From: Spirochaetales bacterium | GTDB lineage: Bacteria; Spirochaetota; Spirochaetia; DSM-27196; Alkalispirochaetaceae | Direction: 5' to 3' | Assembly (NCBI GenBank): GCA_028282545.1 | Contig: JANQHT010000158.1 | Span: 1 to 47,377, forward strand | Length of the DNA stretch: 47,377 nucleotides | In this document: positions 35,223 through 43,491 of the stretch, piece by piece | How positions within the stretch are numbered: the stretch's first letter is position 1 | Layout: each line of letters begins with the position of its first letter | Translations under genes and position numbers: made by a program | Notes under the pieces: model-generated | Told to the model about the DNA's origin: nothing | The model's input: the letters and a program-made list of their open reading frames with translations, nothing else | Database searches by the model: none

Positions 35223-36605
35223 GTGCAATACCTCGACAGCCCGACGAACATCGTCATCCTTGGTGCATCCGGAGACTTGACCCGAAAGAAGCTCGTTCCG
35301 GCCCTCTTCTCCCTCTATTGCGACGGGTTGCTCCCCAGGGAGTTCCACCTCTTCGGGTTCGCCCGCTCCCGGAAGAGCGACCGCGAATTTCGAACCATGG
35401 TGGGAGAGACAATCACCACTCGCCACCAGCCCGATCCATCGGTGTGCGACATCCGGATCAGTGAGTTTCTCCAGCGCTGCTACTACCACTCCGGTCAGTA
35501 CGACAGTACCGACGACTTCCGGAAGCTTCGAAAACGCCTGGACGACGTCGCTCCGCGATCGAACCTGCTGGTTTTCCTGGCGATCCCGCCGAGCATCTTC
35601 CTCAAGACTGCGAACTCCCTGCGGGGTGCCGGCCTCGTGGAAGAGAGCGGCGCCGCCTGGTCACGGGTAGTCGTCGAAAAACCCTTCGGGCGCGACACGG
35701 AGAGCTCCCTGGAGCTGACCAACGCCATGGGGAAGCTCTTCTCCGAGGCGCAGACCTATCGAATCGACCACTACCTGGGCAAGGAGGTCATCCAGAACCT
35801 TCTGCTGCTCCGTTTCGGCAACCAGATATTCGAACCGATCTGGAACCGAAATCACATCGAATCGGTGACAATCACCTTTTCCGAGAAGATCGGCGTCGAG
35901 GGGCGTGCCGGCTATTTTGACCAGTTCGGGATCATCCGCGACGTTGTACAGAACCACCTCCTCCAGGCGATGGCCCTGGTTGCGATGGAACAGCCCATTC
36001 GCATGGATGCCGCGGAGATCGCCGAGGAAAAAACGAAACTCCTCCGCGCAACGTGCCCGATGGATCCGGTATCAACGGTGACCGGCCAGTACGAGGGGTA
36101 CCTAGCGGATCCGGACGTCCCGGACAACTCGGTGACCGAGACGTTTGTATGCACAAACCTGTGCGTGAACAACGCCCGTTGGCACGGGGTCCCCTTCTAC
36201 CTCAGTGCCGGAAAGGCGCTGGATACCCAGAAAACGGAGATCATCCTCCGCTTCCGGCCCGTACCCTTTTCGATCTTCGGGGACATCGCGGAAAACACCA
36301 TGGTCATCCGTGTCCAGCCCAACGAGTCCATCGAACTCAGGGTGAACAACAAGGTACCCGGTGTCCAGTTTCAGTCCTCTTCAGTACCCCTCAACATGCT
36401 CTATCACGAAGAGTTCGACGCCAAAGTACCGGAAGCGTACGAGCGGCTGCTGCTCGACGTGCTGCGCGGTGACCGGTCACTCTTCATCCAGCGCCGGGAA
36501 CTATCCGCCGCCTGGCAGATCGTGACCCCCTTCTTGAAGCTGGTGGAAGAGAAAATGGTACGACCCAAACAGTACGCCTACGGCAGCACGGGGCCCAAAC
36601 GATGA
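35223..36605 (+). CDS. zwf: Glucose-6-phosphate dehydrogenase
   Basis: NADP site IVILGASGDLTRKKLVPALF, active-site RIDHYLGKE, and EKPFG. Confidence 0.9.
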   Translation: MQYLDSPTNIVILGASGDLTRKKLVPALFSLYCDGLLPREFHLFGFARSRKSDREFRTMVGETITTRHQPDPSVCDIRISEFLQRCYYHSGQYDSTDDFRKLRKRLDDVAPRSNLLVFLAIPPSIFLKTANSLRGAGLVEESGAAWSRVVVEKPFGRDTESSLELTNAMGKLFSEAQTYRIDHYLGKEVIQNLLLLRFGNQIFEPIWNRNHIESVTITFSEKIGVEGRAGYFDQFGIIRDVVQNHLLQAMALVAMEQPIRMDAAEIAEEKTKLLRATCPMDPVSTVTGQYEGYLADPDVPDNSVTETFVCTNLCVNNARWHGVPFYLSAGKALDTQKTEIILRFRPVPFSIFGDIAENTMVIRVQPNESIELRVNNKVPGVQFQSSSVPLNMLYHEEFDAKVPEAYERLLLDVLRGDRSLFIQRRELSAAWQIVTPFLKLVEEKMVRPKQYAYGSTGPKR

Positions 36606-37336
36606 GCGTCGAGTTTCGAAGATTTGCCAGCCCCGACCGTGCCGAGAACGCGCTGTTCAGCGAGCTCGAGCGCCACCTGACGCAGGCACCCAACGGTGGG
36701 CACAACGGATCGGGTCCCTACGTGATCATGCTGCCGGGCGGTTCCACGCCCCTGCGCGTCTACGGGCGTCTCCGGAACACCCCGACGCTCCGCGTTGACC
36801 CGGCTGCTCACCTGGTCCTCAGCGACGACCGTCACGTCCCGCCGGACTCGGCAGATTCCAACTACCGGCACATCCGTGCAATGGCAAAGAGCGTAGGGAT
36901 TCCCGATGACCGTGTTACCCATGTCCACACGGACCAACCGCTGGCGCAATCGGCGGAAGGGTACGACGACGCCCTAGCGCGGCTCCACGAACGGGACGCC
37001 ACCTTTGCACTGGCAATCCTCGGAATCGGAGGCGACGGTCACACGGCGAGCCTCTTCACCAGCGCAGCGGTACCGCTGCCGACGGACACAGGGGAGCGTG
37101 AAGCACCGCACCGATTCGCCCTGGCGGTCCCCGGCACCGGAGGGTTTGACCGCGTCTCCGCCACGCCTGAGTTTATACTCGGTTTCCAACGATTGTTGTT
37201 TTTTGCCACCGGCGAGGGGAAGCGGGACATCCTCTACCGGATCGCCCGGCATCCCGAGGAGTATCCCTCGGGGCGGCTGATGCTGCAGCACGACAGGGCG
37301 GAAATCTGGACCGACCAGGGTTGCATCTATGAATAG
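36602..37336 (+). CDS. pgl: 6-phosphogluconolactonase
   Basis: IMLPGGSTPLRVY and LGIGGDGHTASLF motifs. ATGA coupling to zwf. Confidence 0.85.
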   Translation: MSVEFRRFASPDRAENALFSELERHLTQAPNGGHNGSGPYVIMLPGGSTPLRVYGRLRNTPTLRVDPAAHLVLSDDRHVPPDSADSNYRHIRAMAKSVGIPDDRVTHVHTDQPLAQSAEGYDDALARLHERDATFALAILGIGGDGHTASLFTSAAVPLPTDTGEREAPHRFALAVPGTGGFDRVSATPEFILGFQRLLFFATGEGKRDILYRIARHPEEYPSGRLMLQHDRAEIWTDQGCIYE

Positions 37337-38663
37337 GGACCATTGGAGCTCCATCTCGATTCCCTGGCACCGCCACTATGGCGGCAAAATGGAGACGGTT
37401 CCGCGCTGCGTCGTGCGCGGTATGGACGACTTCTCCGTCTGGTATTCGCCGGGAGTCGCGGAATCGTGTCTCGCCATAGAGAAAGAGCCGGCGCTGTTGG
37501 ACGAACTCACCAACCGGTGGAATCTCGTGGCGGTCGTGAGCGACGGAAGCCGCGTCCTGGGCCTGGGAGATATCGGCGCCAAGGCGAGTTACCCGGTGAT
37601 GGAGGGCAAAGCGCTGCTCTACAAGTACCTGGGTGGCGTCGACAGCATTCCCATTGTGTTGGACACGGGGGACCCGGACGAGATCATTCGAACGGTCCTC
37701 ACCCTGCAGCCGAGTTTCGGCGGTATCAATCTCGAGGATATTGCCCAGCCCAAATGTTTCCGCATCCTCGACACGCTCCGGAGAGAGGCGGAGATTCCGG
37801 TATGGCACGACGACCAGCAAGGTACGGCAACGGTGACGCTGGCGGGACTCCTCAACGCGCTCAAAGTCGTGGGCAAACGGATAGAAGATGTTGCGATCGC
37901 CTTTATCGGTACGGGCGCGGCCAACGTCGCCTGCGCGAGGCTTATATTCGGACGGGGCGCAGACCCGTCCCGATGCTTCATGGTAGACAGTCGCGGCATC
38001 CTGGGAACGCACCGGTACGACCTGCGCGAAAAGCGCAACACCTTCCCCGAGAAGTGGCGGCTATCAGAGATGACCAACCCGGAACAGCGGAGCGGCGGTA
38101 TCCCGGAGGCGATGGCCGGTGCCGACGTTGTGATCTCTCTGGCGACGCCGGGACCCAACACGATTCTGCCCGAGTGGGTCTCTTCAATGGGGAAGGAACC
38201 CATCGTATTCGCCGCCGCGAACCCCGTTCCGGAGATCTGGCCGGAGGAGGCGCTGCGCGCCGGCGCCGCGGTGGTGGCCACCGGCAGGAGTGACCTGCCC
38301 AACCAGGTGAACAATAGCCTTATCTTCCCCGGCCTGTTCCGGGGAGCCCTGGATGTGCGGGCACGCACCATAAGCGACGGCATGTGCTTTGCCGCGGCGG
38401 ACGCCCTGGCGGCACGGGCGCCCGGTGCATCGGCGGGTTCGATTGACCCCGGTCGGATCGTACCCACCATGGAGGAGTGGACCGTCTTCTGTGACGTGGC
38501 CCGGGCGGTGGGCCTGCGAGCGCAGGAAGAGGGGCTGGCGGCACGGGTACTCCCGGGAGACGAAATCTATGCGGCGGCGTACGAACGGATAGATCGAAGC
38601 AGGAAGATCACCGCCATGATGATGGATTCCGGGATCATTCCGCCACCGCCGGAGGAGGAGTGA
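37329..38663 (+). CDS. NAD(P)-dependent malic enzyme (alternative start at 37389 possible)
   Basis: VWYSPGVAE, GLGDIGA and FIGTGAANVA malic-enzyme signatures. Confidence 0.85.
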   Translation: MNRDHWSSISIPWHRHYGGKMETVPRCVVRGMDDFSVWYSPGVAESCLAIEKEPALLDELTNRWNLVAVVSDGSRVLGLGDIGAKASYPVMEGKALLYKYLGGVDSIPIVLDTGDPDEIIRTVLTLQPSFGGINLEDIAQPKCFRILDTLRREAEIPVWHDDQQGTATVTLAGLLNALKVVGKRIEDVAIAFIGTGAANVACARLIFGRGADPSRCFMVDSRGILGTHRYDLREKRNTFPEKWRLSEMTNPEQRSGGIPEAMAGADVVISLATPGPNTILPEWVSSMGKEPIVFAAANPVPEIWPEEALRAGAAVVATGRSDLPNQVNNSLIFPGLFRGALDVRARTISDGMCFAAADALAARAPGASAGSIDPGRIVPTMEEWTVFCDVARAVGLRAQEEGLAARVLPGDEIYAAAYERIDRSRKITAMMMDSGIIPPPPEEE

Positions 38664-39589
38664 TGTACGAAGTCGCTATCGTCGGGGCGGGCCCGGCAGG
38701 CCTCGCCGCGGCCATGTACTGCATCCGCAAGGGGGTAGACCTTCAGCTCGTGGCGCCCACGCTGGGCGGAAAGACGACGGCAACGGTCAACTTCCCGGAC
38801 ATGACCGAGTACCACGTCATCAAGGCGCGCGAACAGGTCCACGTCTTCCGCGGGCGCATCGAATACCTGGACCACACGTATCGCCTCGCCCACGTGACGG
38901 AGATCGTGGACCAGCGGGACCACTTCCTCATCAGGCTGCATCAACACAAGGGCGATGCCTACGACTCGATCCAGGCGGAAACGCTCATCGTTGCCACCGG
39001 GGCGCGGGGAGAGTACATAAACGTTCCCGGTGAGCGCAAGTTCGCCGGCCTTGGTGTCGGCACCAGTGCAATCAGCTACACGCACGCCCTCCCCGACCGC
39101 GATGTGTTTATGGTGGGAAACTCGGATCGCGTCATCGAGGCGGCGATCGAAGCGGCGCAGCACGCCCGGACCGTACACCTCGTGATCGAACCGCACGCCG
39201 ACTACACACACCACTACCTGGAACTGGCGGATCGCCTTGAGTCAATCACCGTGTACAACGGCTACCACGTGCGCGGTTTCGCCGGCGAGGAGTTCGCCCG
39301 CGAGGTCGAGATCCAACGCGGGGCCGCTGAACCGCGAACGATCCAGGCGGATGCCTTCTTTCTCGAGCGAGAACCGGAACCCAACAGCGCACTCGTCCGG
39401 CACCTTGTCGAATGCGATGATCGCGGTTACATCAAGATCGACGAGAAAAACAGCACGAGCCACCCGTTGATCTTCGCGGCCGGTGACGTGACCACCGTGG
39501 GTATCGAGCAGATCCTGATTGCCCTGGGCGAAGGCGCCCGGGCGGGCCTCAGCGCCTACCGCGCCGTCACCGCCGGGAAGCTTTCATAG
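38660..39589 (+). CDS. Thioredoxin-reductase-like FAD/NAD(P) flavoprotein lacking the CxxC redox centre (TrxR-type ferredoxin-NADP reductase-like)
   Basis: VAIVGAGPAGLAAAMY FAD motif, second Rossmann, FAAGDV. The position aligned to CAVCDG in TrxR reads GVGTSAISYTH with no cysteines. Confidence 0.75.
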   Translation: MMYEVAIVGAGPAGLAAAMYCIRKGVDLQLVAPTLGGKTTATVNFPDMTEYHVIKAREQVHVFRGRIEYLDHTYRLAHVTEIVDQRDHFLIRLHQHKGDAYDSIQAETLIVATGARGEYINVPGERKFAGLGVGTSAISYTHALPDRDVFMVGNSDRVIEAAIEAAQHARTVHLVIEPHADYTHHYLELADRLESITVYNGYHVRGFAGEEFAREVEIQRGAAEPRTIQADAFFLEREPEPNSALVRHLVECDDRGYIKIDEKNSTSHPLIFAAGDVTTVGIEQILIALGEGARAGLSAYRAVTAGKLS

Positions 39590-40979
39590 CGACCCGGAAG
39601 GTGGATCCCTTTTCGGGTGCACTCTCCACCTCGACACGCCCCCCCTGCGCCTCCACGAGCGCTTTCACGATCGACAGTCCCAGGCCGAGTCCCGATTCAC
39701 TCGGCTGCCCCGGTGCCCGGTACATACGTTCCCAGACGCGACGACGCTCCTCCTCGGTGAGACCCACGCCGGTATCGACGACCTCTATGATCCCTTCGTC
39801 GCCCCGCTCCCTGACCACGATACCGACCGTTCCACCGGTGCGGTTGTATTTGATCGCGTTGTCGACCAGATTGGCGATGACTTGTTTGAGCCGTACCGCA
39901 TCGCCCTCCACGACCACGGGAGCGTCTGCGCGGACTGCGAGAGCGACACCCTTGTCCTCGGCAACGAGTTCGTAGACGTCACGAACTTCATTCGCGGCTG
40001 AAACCACGTCGACAGGCACCGACTCGAGCGTGAGCACACCGCTCTCGGCGCGGGTGATCTCCAGCAACGTGTTCACCAAGGTCAGGATATGTTGACTCTG
40101 GATCTGCGCTTCTTCGAGTGCTTCTTGTTGCACGCGGAGGCGCTTGTCGTCCGTCGTGTCGGCGTTGACCTGGAGTGCCAGTTCCACCGTTGACGTGAGG
40201 CGCGCCACCGGGGTCCGCAGATCGTGGGCAACGGTATCGACGGCAGTGCGCAGCGAATCAACCAGGCGTTCGATACGGGAGATCATCGTATTCAAGAGGA
40301 ACGAAAGATCCCGGAGCTCCCCACCGCCGCCCGGCTCGGGGATACGCGCCTCGAGATTGCCGGTATCGATGATCTCTCGCGCCGCTCGTTCGATGGCAGC
40401 CACGGGGGCGAGGGCGCGTCGTGCCGCAATGAGTCCGAGCCCCAGGCCGACGGCGACAACCGCAACGGCGATCACCGTGAAGGTTCGCCTGAAAAGAGAA
40501 AGAAACCGCGATCGGTTGGCGTCGGAAAATCCGATCTGGAGCAGGTACCCTTCCGAGAGCGCGATCCCGCCGATTTCGATGTTGAAGAGGTGCTCAGGAC
40601 TCCCCAGGACGAGAATCCGATCCGGTTTTAGGTCGAAGAGTTCCAGCCGGTCGAAGTTAAAGCTCGTCCACGCCTCCGGATACGCCAGTGCCACCGTTTC
40701 ATTCCGGCTCGTGGCGATGCGGGCGACAAACGGGCGGGAACCTGCAACCAGTGAATCCAGTTCGATCTCGCTCCGCAGCAGGTCGAGTCCGCCGGTCTGT
40801 TCTATCGCCCAATAACCAAGGAGCCGGCTCCGCATCGCCTCCAGATCCTCGCTCCGCAGCGTGCGATAGAGGGAAAAAAACGTCAGGGCAAAGAGCACCG
40901 TGATCGAAACGACCGAGAGAGCGGCGACGAGCACGGCCAGGCGAACGCGGAAGGGCAACAAAACGCTATGCACCCCCAC
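39567..40979 (-). CDS. Two-component sensor histidine kinase (2 TM sensor + HAMP + HisKA + HATPase_c)
   Basis: H-box VAHDLRTPVARL, N-box NLVDNAIKY, G-boxes VVDTGVGL / GLGLGLSIV. Confidence 0.85.
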   Translation of the reverse strand: MGVHSVLLPFRVRLAVLVAALSVVSITVLFALTFFSLYRTLRSEDLEAMRSRLLGYWAIEQTGGLDLLRSEIELDSLVAGSRPFVARIATSRNETVALAYPEAWTSFNFDRLELFDLKPDRILVLGSPEHLFNIEIGGIALSEGYLLQIGFSDANRSRFLSLFRRTFTVIAVAVVAVGLGLGLIAARRALAPVAAIERAAREIIDTGNLEARIPEPGGGGELRDLSFLLNTMISRIERLVDSLRTAVDTVAHDLRTPVARLTSTVELALQVNADTTDDKRLRVQQEALEEAQIQSQHILTLVNTLLEITRAESGVLTLESVPVDVVSAANEVRDVYELVAEDKGVALAVRADAPVVVEGDAVRLKQVIANLVDNAIKYNRTGGTVGIVVRERGDEGIIEVVDTGVGLTEEERRRVWERMYRAPGQPSESGLGLGLSIVKALVEAQGGRVEVESAPEKGSTFRVAMKASRR

Positions 40980-41655
40980 CCTCGGGCCGGAGCGAATAGC
41001 CCACGCCGCGAATTGTGTGAATCACCTTCCGCCCAAAGTCGCGGTCGATTTTGGCGCGCAGCCGCGATACGAGCACGTCCACTACGTTGGTCTGCGGGTC
41101 GAAATCGTAGTTCCAGATACGCTCGAGGATCATCGTCTTGGTGAGCACCTGGTTCCGGTTGCGCAGGAAGTATTCCAGGAGTGCGAACTCGCGCGGTTGC
41201 AGGTCAATCGCGCGACCGGCCCGCGTCACCCCTCTGCTGAGGAGGTCAACAACGATGTCGCCGGCGGCGAGGCGCGTTGTACCGATCGCGGCCGGCTGTG
41301 ACCGCCGGAGGAGCGCGTCCAGGCGCGCCGCGAGCTCGGCAAAGGAGAAGGGCTTGGTCATATAATCATCGGCGCCGGCGCGAATTGCACCAACGCGATC
41401 GTCCACTTCACTCCGCGCGGAAAGCACCAGGATCGGAACCGAAGACCCCCGTTCACGAACGCGTTCGATCAGCCACATTCCGTCGTGACCGGGGAGATTC
41501 ATGTCGAGCACGACCGCGGCCACGTCCCGATACATGACCGCGCCCAAGGCGTCCTCGGCGGTGGCCACTGCAGAGACGGTGAAGGAGGCCTCTCTTAGGC
41601 CGCGTTCGAGAAATGCCGCGATCTTTGCGTCGTCTTCAACTATCAGAACGTGCAT
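40966..41655 (-). CDS. OmpR/PhoB-family response regulator
   Basis: Receiver domain (MHVLIVEDD ... LDMNLPGHDG ... YMTKPF) plus winged-helix effector (...VIHTIRGVGYSL). 229 aa from ATG 41655. Confidence 0.9.
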   Translation of the reverse strand: MHVLIVEDDAKIAAFLERGLREASFTVSAVATAEDALGAVMYRDVAAVVLDMNLPGHDGMWLIERVRERGSSVPILVLSARSEVDDRVGAIRAGADDYMTKPFSFAELAARLDALLRRSQPAAIGTTRLAAGDIVVDLLSRGVTRAGRAIDLQPREFALLEYFLRNRNQVLTKTMILERIWNYDFDPQTNVVDVLVSRLRAKIDRDFGRKVIHTIRGVGYSLRPEGGGA

Positions 41656-41679
41656 AGGTATACGTATATTATAGCGATC

Positions 41680-42141
41680 ATGATCGAACCTGGACAAAAG
41701 GCACCGACATTCTCGCTTCCCGATCAGGCAGGAACGGTTCACACCCTGGACCAGTTTTCCGGCGGCCCCCTGGTGGTCTATTTTTACCCGAAGGACGACA
41801 CCCCCGGGTGTACAAAGGAGGCGTGCAGCTTTCGAGACAATTGGCAGGCCCTGGTAGACGCGGGCATCAGCGTTGTGGGCATCTCTGCCGATTCCGTCGA
41901 GTCCCACGCCGCGTTCGCGGGCAAGTTCTCCCTCCCCTTTCCGCTCTTGAGCGATCCCGAGATGGAGGTCATCAAGGCGTACGGCGCCTACGGCGAAAAG
42001 AACATGTACGGCAAGAAGTTCGAAGGAATTCTCCGCACCACGTTCCTTATAGACTCCGACGGTGTGGTAACCCGTGTGTTCAAACGACCCAAGAGCGCCA
42101 TCCACGCGGAAGAGGTGCTCACAGCGCTGGGAGGCGCCTAG
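41680..42141 (+). CDS. bcp: Peroxiredoxin Bcp (thiol peroxidase, thioredoxin-dependent)
   Basis: FYPKDDTPGCTKEACSFRD peroxidatic Cys motif. 153 aa. Confidence 0.85.
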   Translation: MIEPGQKAPTFSLPDQAGTVHTLDQFSGGPLVVYFYPKDDTPGCTKEACSFRDNWQALVDAGISVVGISADSVESHAAFAGKFSLPFPLLSDPEMEVIKAYGAYGEKNMYGKKFEGILRTTFLIDSDGVVTRVFKRPKSAIHAEEVLTALGGA

Positions 42142-42223
42142 CGTCCCCGCGCCCGGACGGCCGGTGCCGGGCAGGTCGCGCTGGAACGCTGAAAACGCGC
42201 GCCGTCGCTGGTATACTTGACCC

Positions 42224-43480
42224 ATGAGACAACCACTGCGCCGGTTTGGTGCCGGCCTGGCGGGAACGGTCGTGACAGCCTTTGTCGGTATCGCGCTTGT
42301 CGGCTGCCCCGATCCGGTCGACTGGAGCGATTACACCGATGTTAACCTCATCGCCGCGCGCGATTTTGACGCAGTGGACAGTGACGGCAACGCGCTCTGG
42401 TACTTTGCGGAAGGGCTCACCATCGCTACGGAGGGCGCTGCCGACTTCGTCACGTGGGGAGTGGTCGGGGCCGACGTGTACGGTTCGCTTCCATTCGGCG
42501 TAACCGGCGCGGTCTACCGCCTGGAAGTGAACAATCTGCTCCCCAACGGGGATTTTGAGGACACGGACCTTTCGGCGTGGACGCTGTACGACGCCGGCGG
42601 CTCAGTATCCCCAACCGCGACGCGAACGACCTCCGGCGCCCTGGCGGGTACGGCTTCACTGTCGATCGACTTCGGTGGCATTGAAGATCGATACTACATC
42701 GATCTATCGTCAGCCCTCGTAGGCGGTTTCGCTCCGAACGTGGCCTACGCCTATCACCTCGACTTCAAGATGCCGGTCAACACGATAGGGATCGAGATCA
42801 ACAACGGGACGGACGGGGACGTCCAGTCGCAGTGGCAGATTACCCGCGGCGAGGGTCAGAGCGAGATGGTGGTCTACCAATACCCCGGTGCGGGCCTGAC
42901 GAGTCCGGCGATGTTTTCGGAAACCAACAAGTTCGGGCTCGGGAGCGACACATCCTGGAGGCTATGGTCGTTTGGTGGCATGAACAAACGCGCCCAGGTA
43001 CGCATCGAAGGGCTCTTCGACAATATCCGCATCGTGCGGGCGGACCAGGGGCACTACGTCCGCCTACCGGTACCCTACCGGGACTCCCTGGACGCGGCGC
43101 GGCCGCCCCTCATCTCCGGGGGCACCTATACGATATCCGTGTGGGTGAAGCCGGACCCTACCGCCGGGACGAATAATCGCTTCCCGGCGCGCCTCTTCTC
43201 CGCCGGCCTGGACACGAGCGTTGCCAAAAACGCGATCACCCCCGGCAAGAGCGTGACCGTGTTCACGGCGGGACCGGAGAATCTCGAAGCGCTGACGGAT
43301 TGGAGGCAGCTTTCGTTCGCCGTTGACGGCAGTACCGTGAATGTTACCGCCGCCACCGGTGACAATGACGTTCTCTTTGACGTTGTTCTCGAGGTGGGGC
43401 GCTTCGCCGGGGGTAGCGAGTACGCGGACGCGGGGTCCATTCTGGTCGGCGGACCGCGGCTGGAGTGGAGCCCCAACTAA
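42224..43480 (+). CDS. Hypothetical lipoprotein (signal peptide + lipobox LVGC), 418 aa, probably beta-rich
   Basis: MRQPLRRFGAGLAGTVVTAFVGIALVGCPD. No recognisable enzymatic motifs. Confidence 0.55.
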   Translation: MRQPLRRFGAGLAGTVVTAFVGIALVGCPDPVDWSDYTDVNLIAARDFDAVDSDGNALWYFAEGLTIATEGAADFVTWGVVGADVYGSLPFGVTGAVYRLEVNNLLPNGDFEDTDLSAWTLYDAGGSVSPTATRTTSGALAGTASLSIDFGGIEDRYYIDLSSALVGGFAPNVAYAYHLDFKMPVNTIGIEINNGTDGDVQSQWQITRGEGQSEMVVYQYPGAGLTSPAMFSETNKFGLGSDTSWRLWSFGGMNKRAQVRIEGLFDNIRIVRADQGHYVRLPVPYRDSLDAARPPLISGGTYTISVWVKPDPTAGTNNRFPARLFSAGLDTSVAKNAITPGKSVTVFTAGPENLEALTDWRQLSFAVDGSTVNVTAATGDNDVLFDVVLEVGRFAGGSEYADAGSILVGGPRLEWSPN

Positions 43481-43491
43481 CCTGCCGCGCA

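Noticed and set aside
41656-42225. N-terminal 190-aa extension of the 419-aa ORF containing the response regulator
   Set aside because: The extension is antisense to bcp and has no receiver-domain features. The RR begins at MHVLIVEDD (ATG 41655), giving a standard 229-aa OmpR-type protein.
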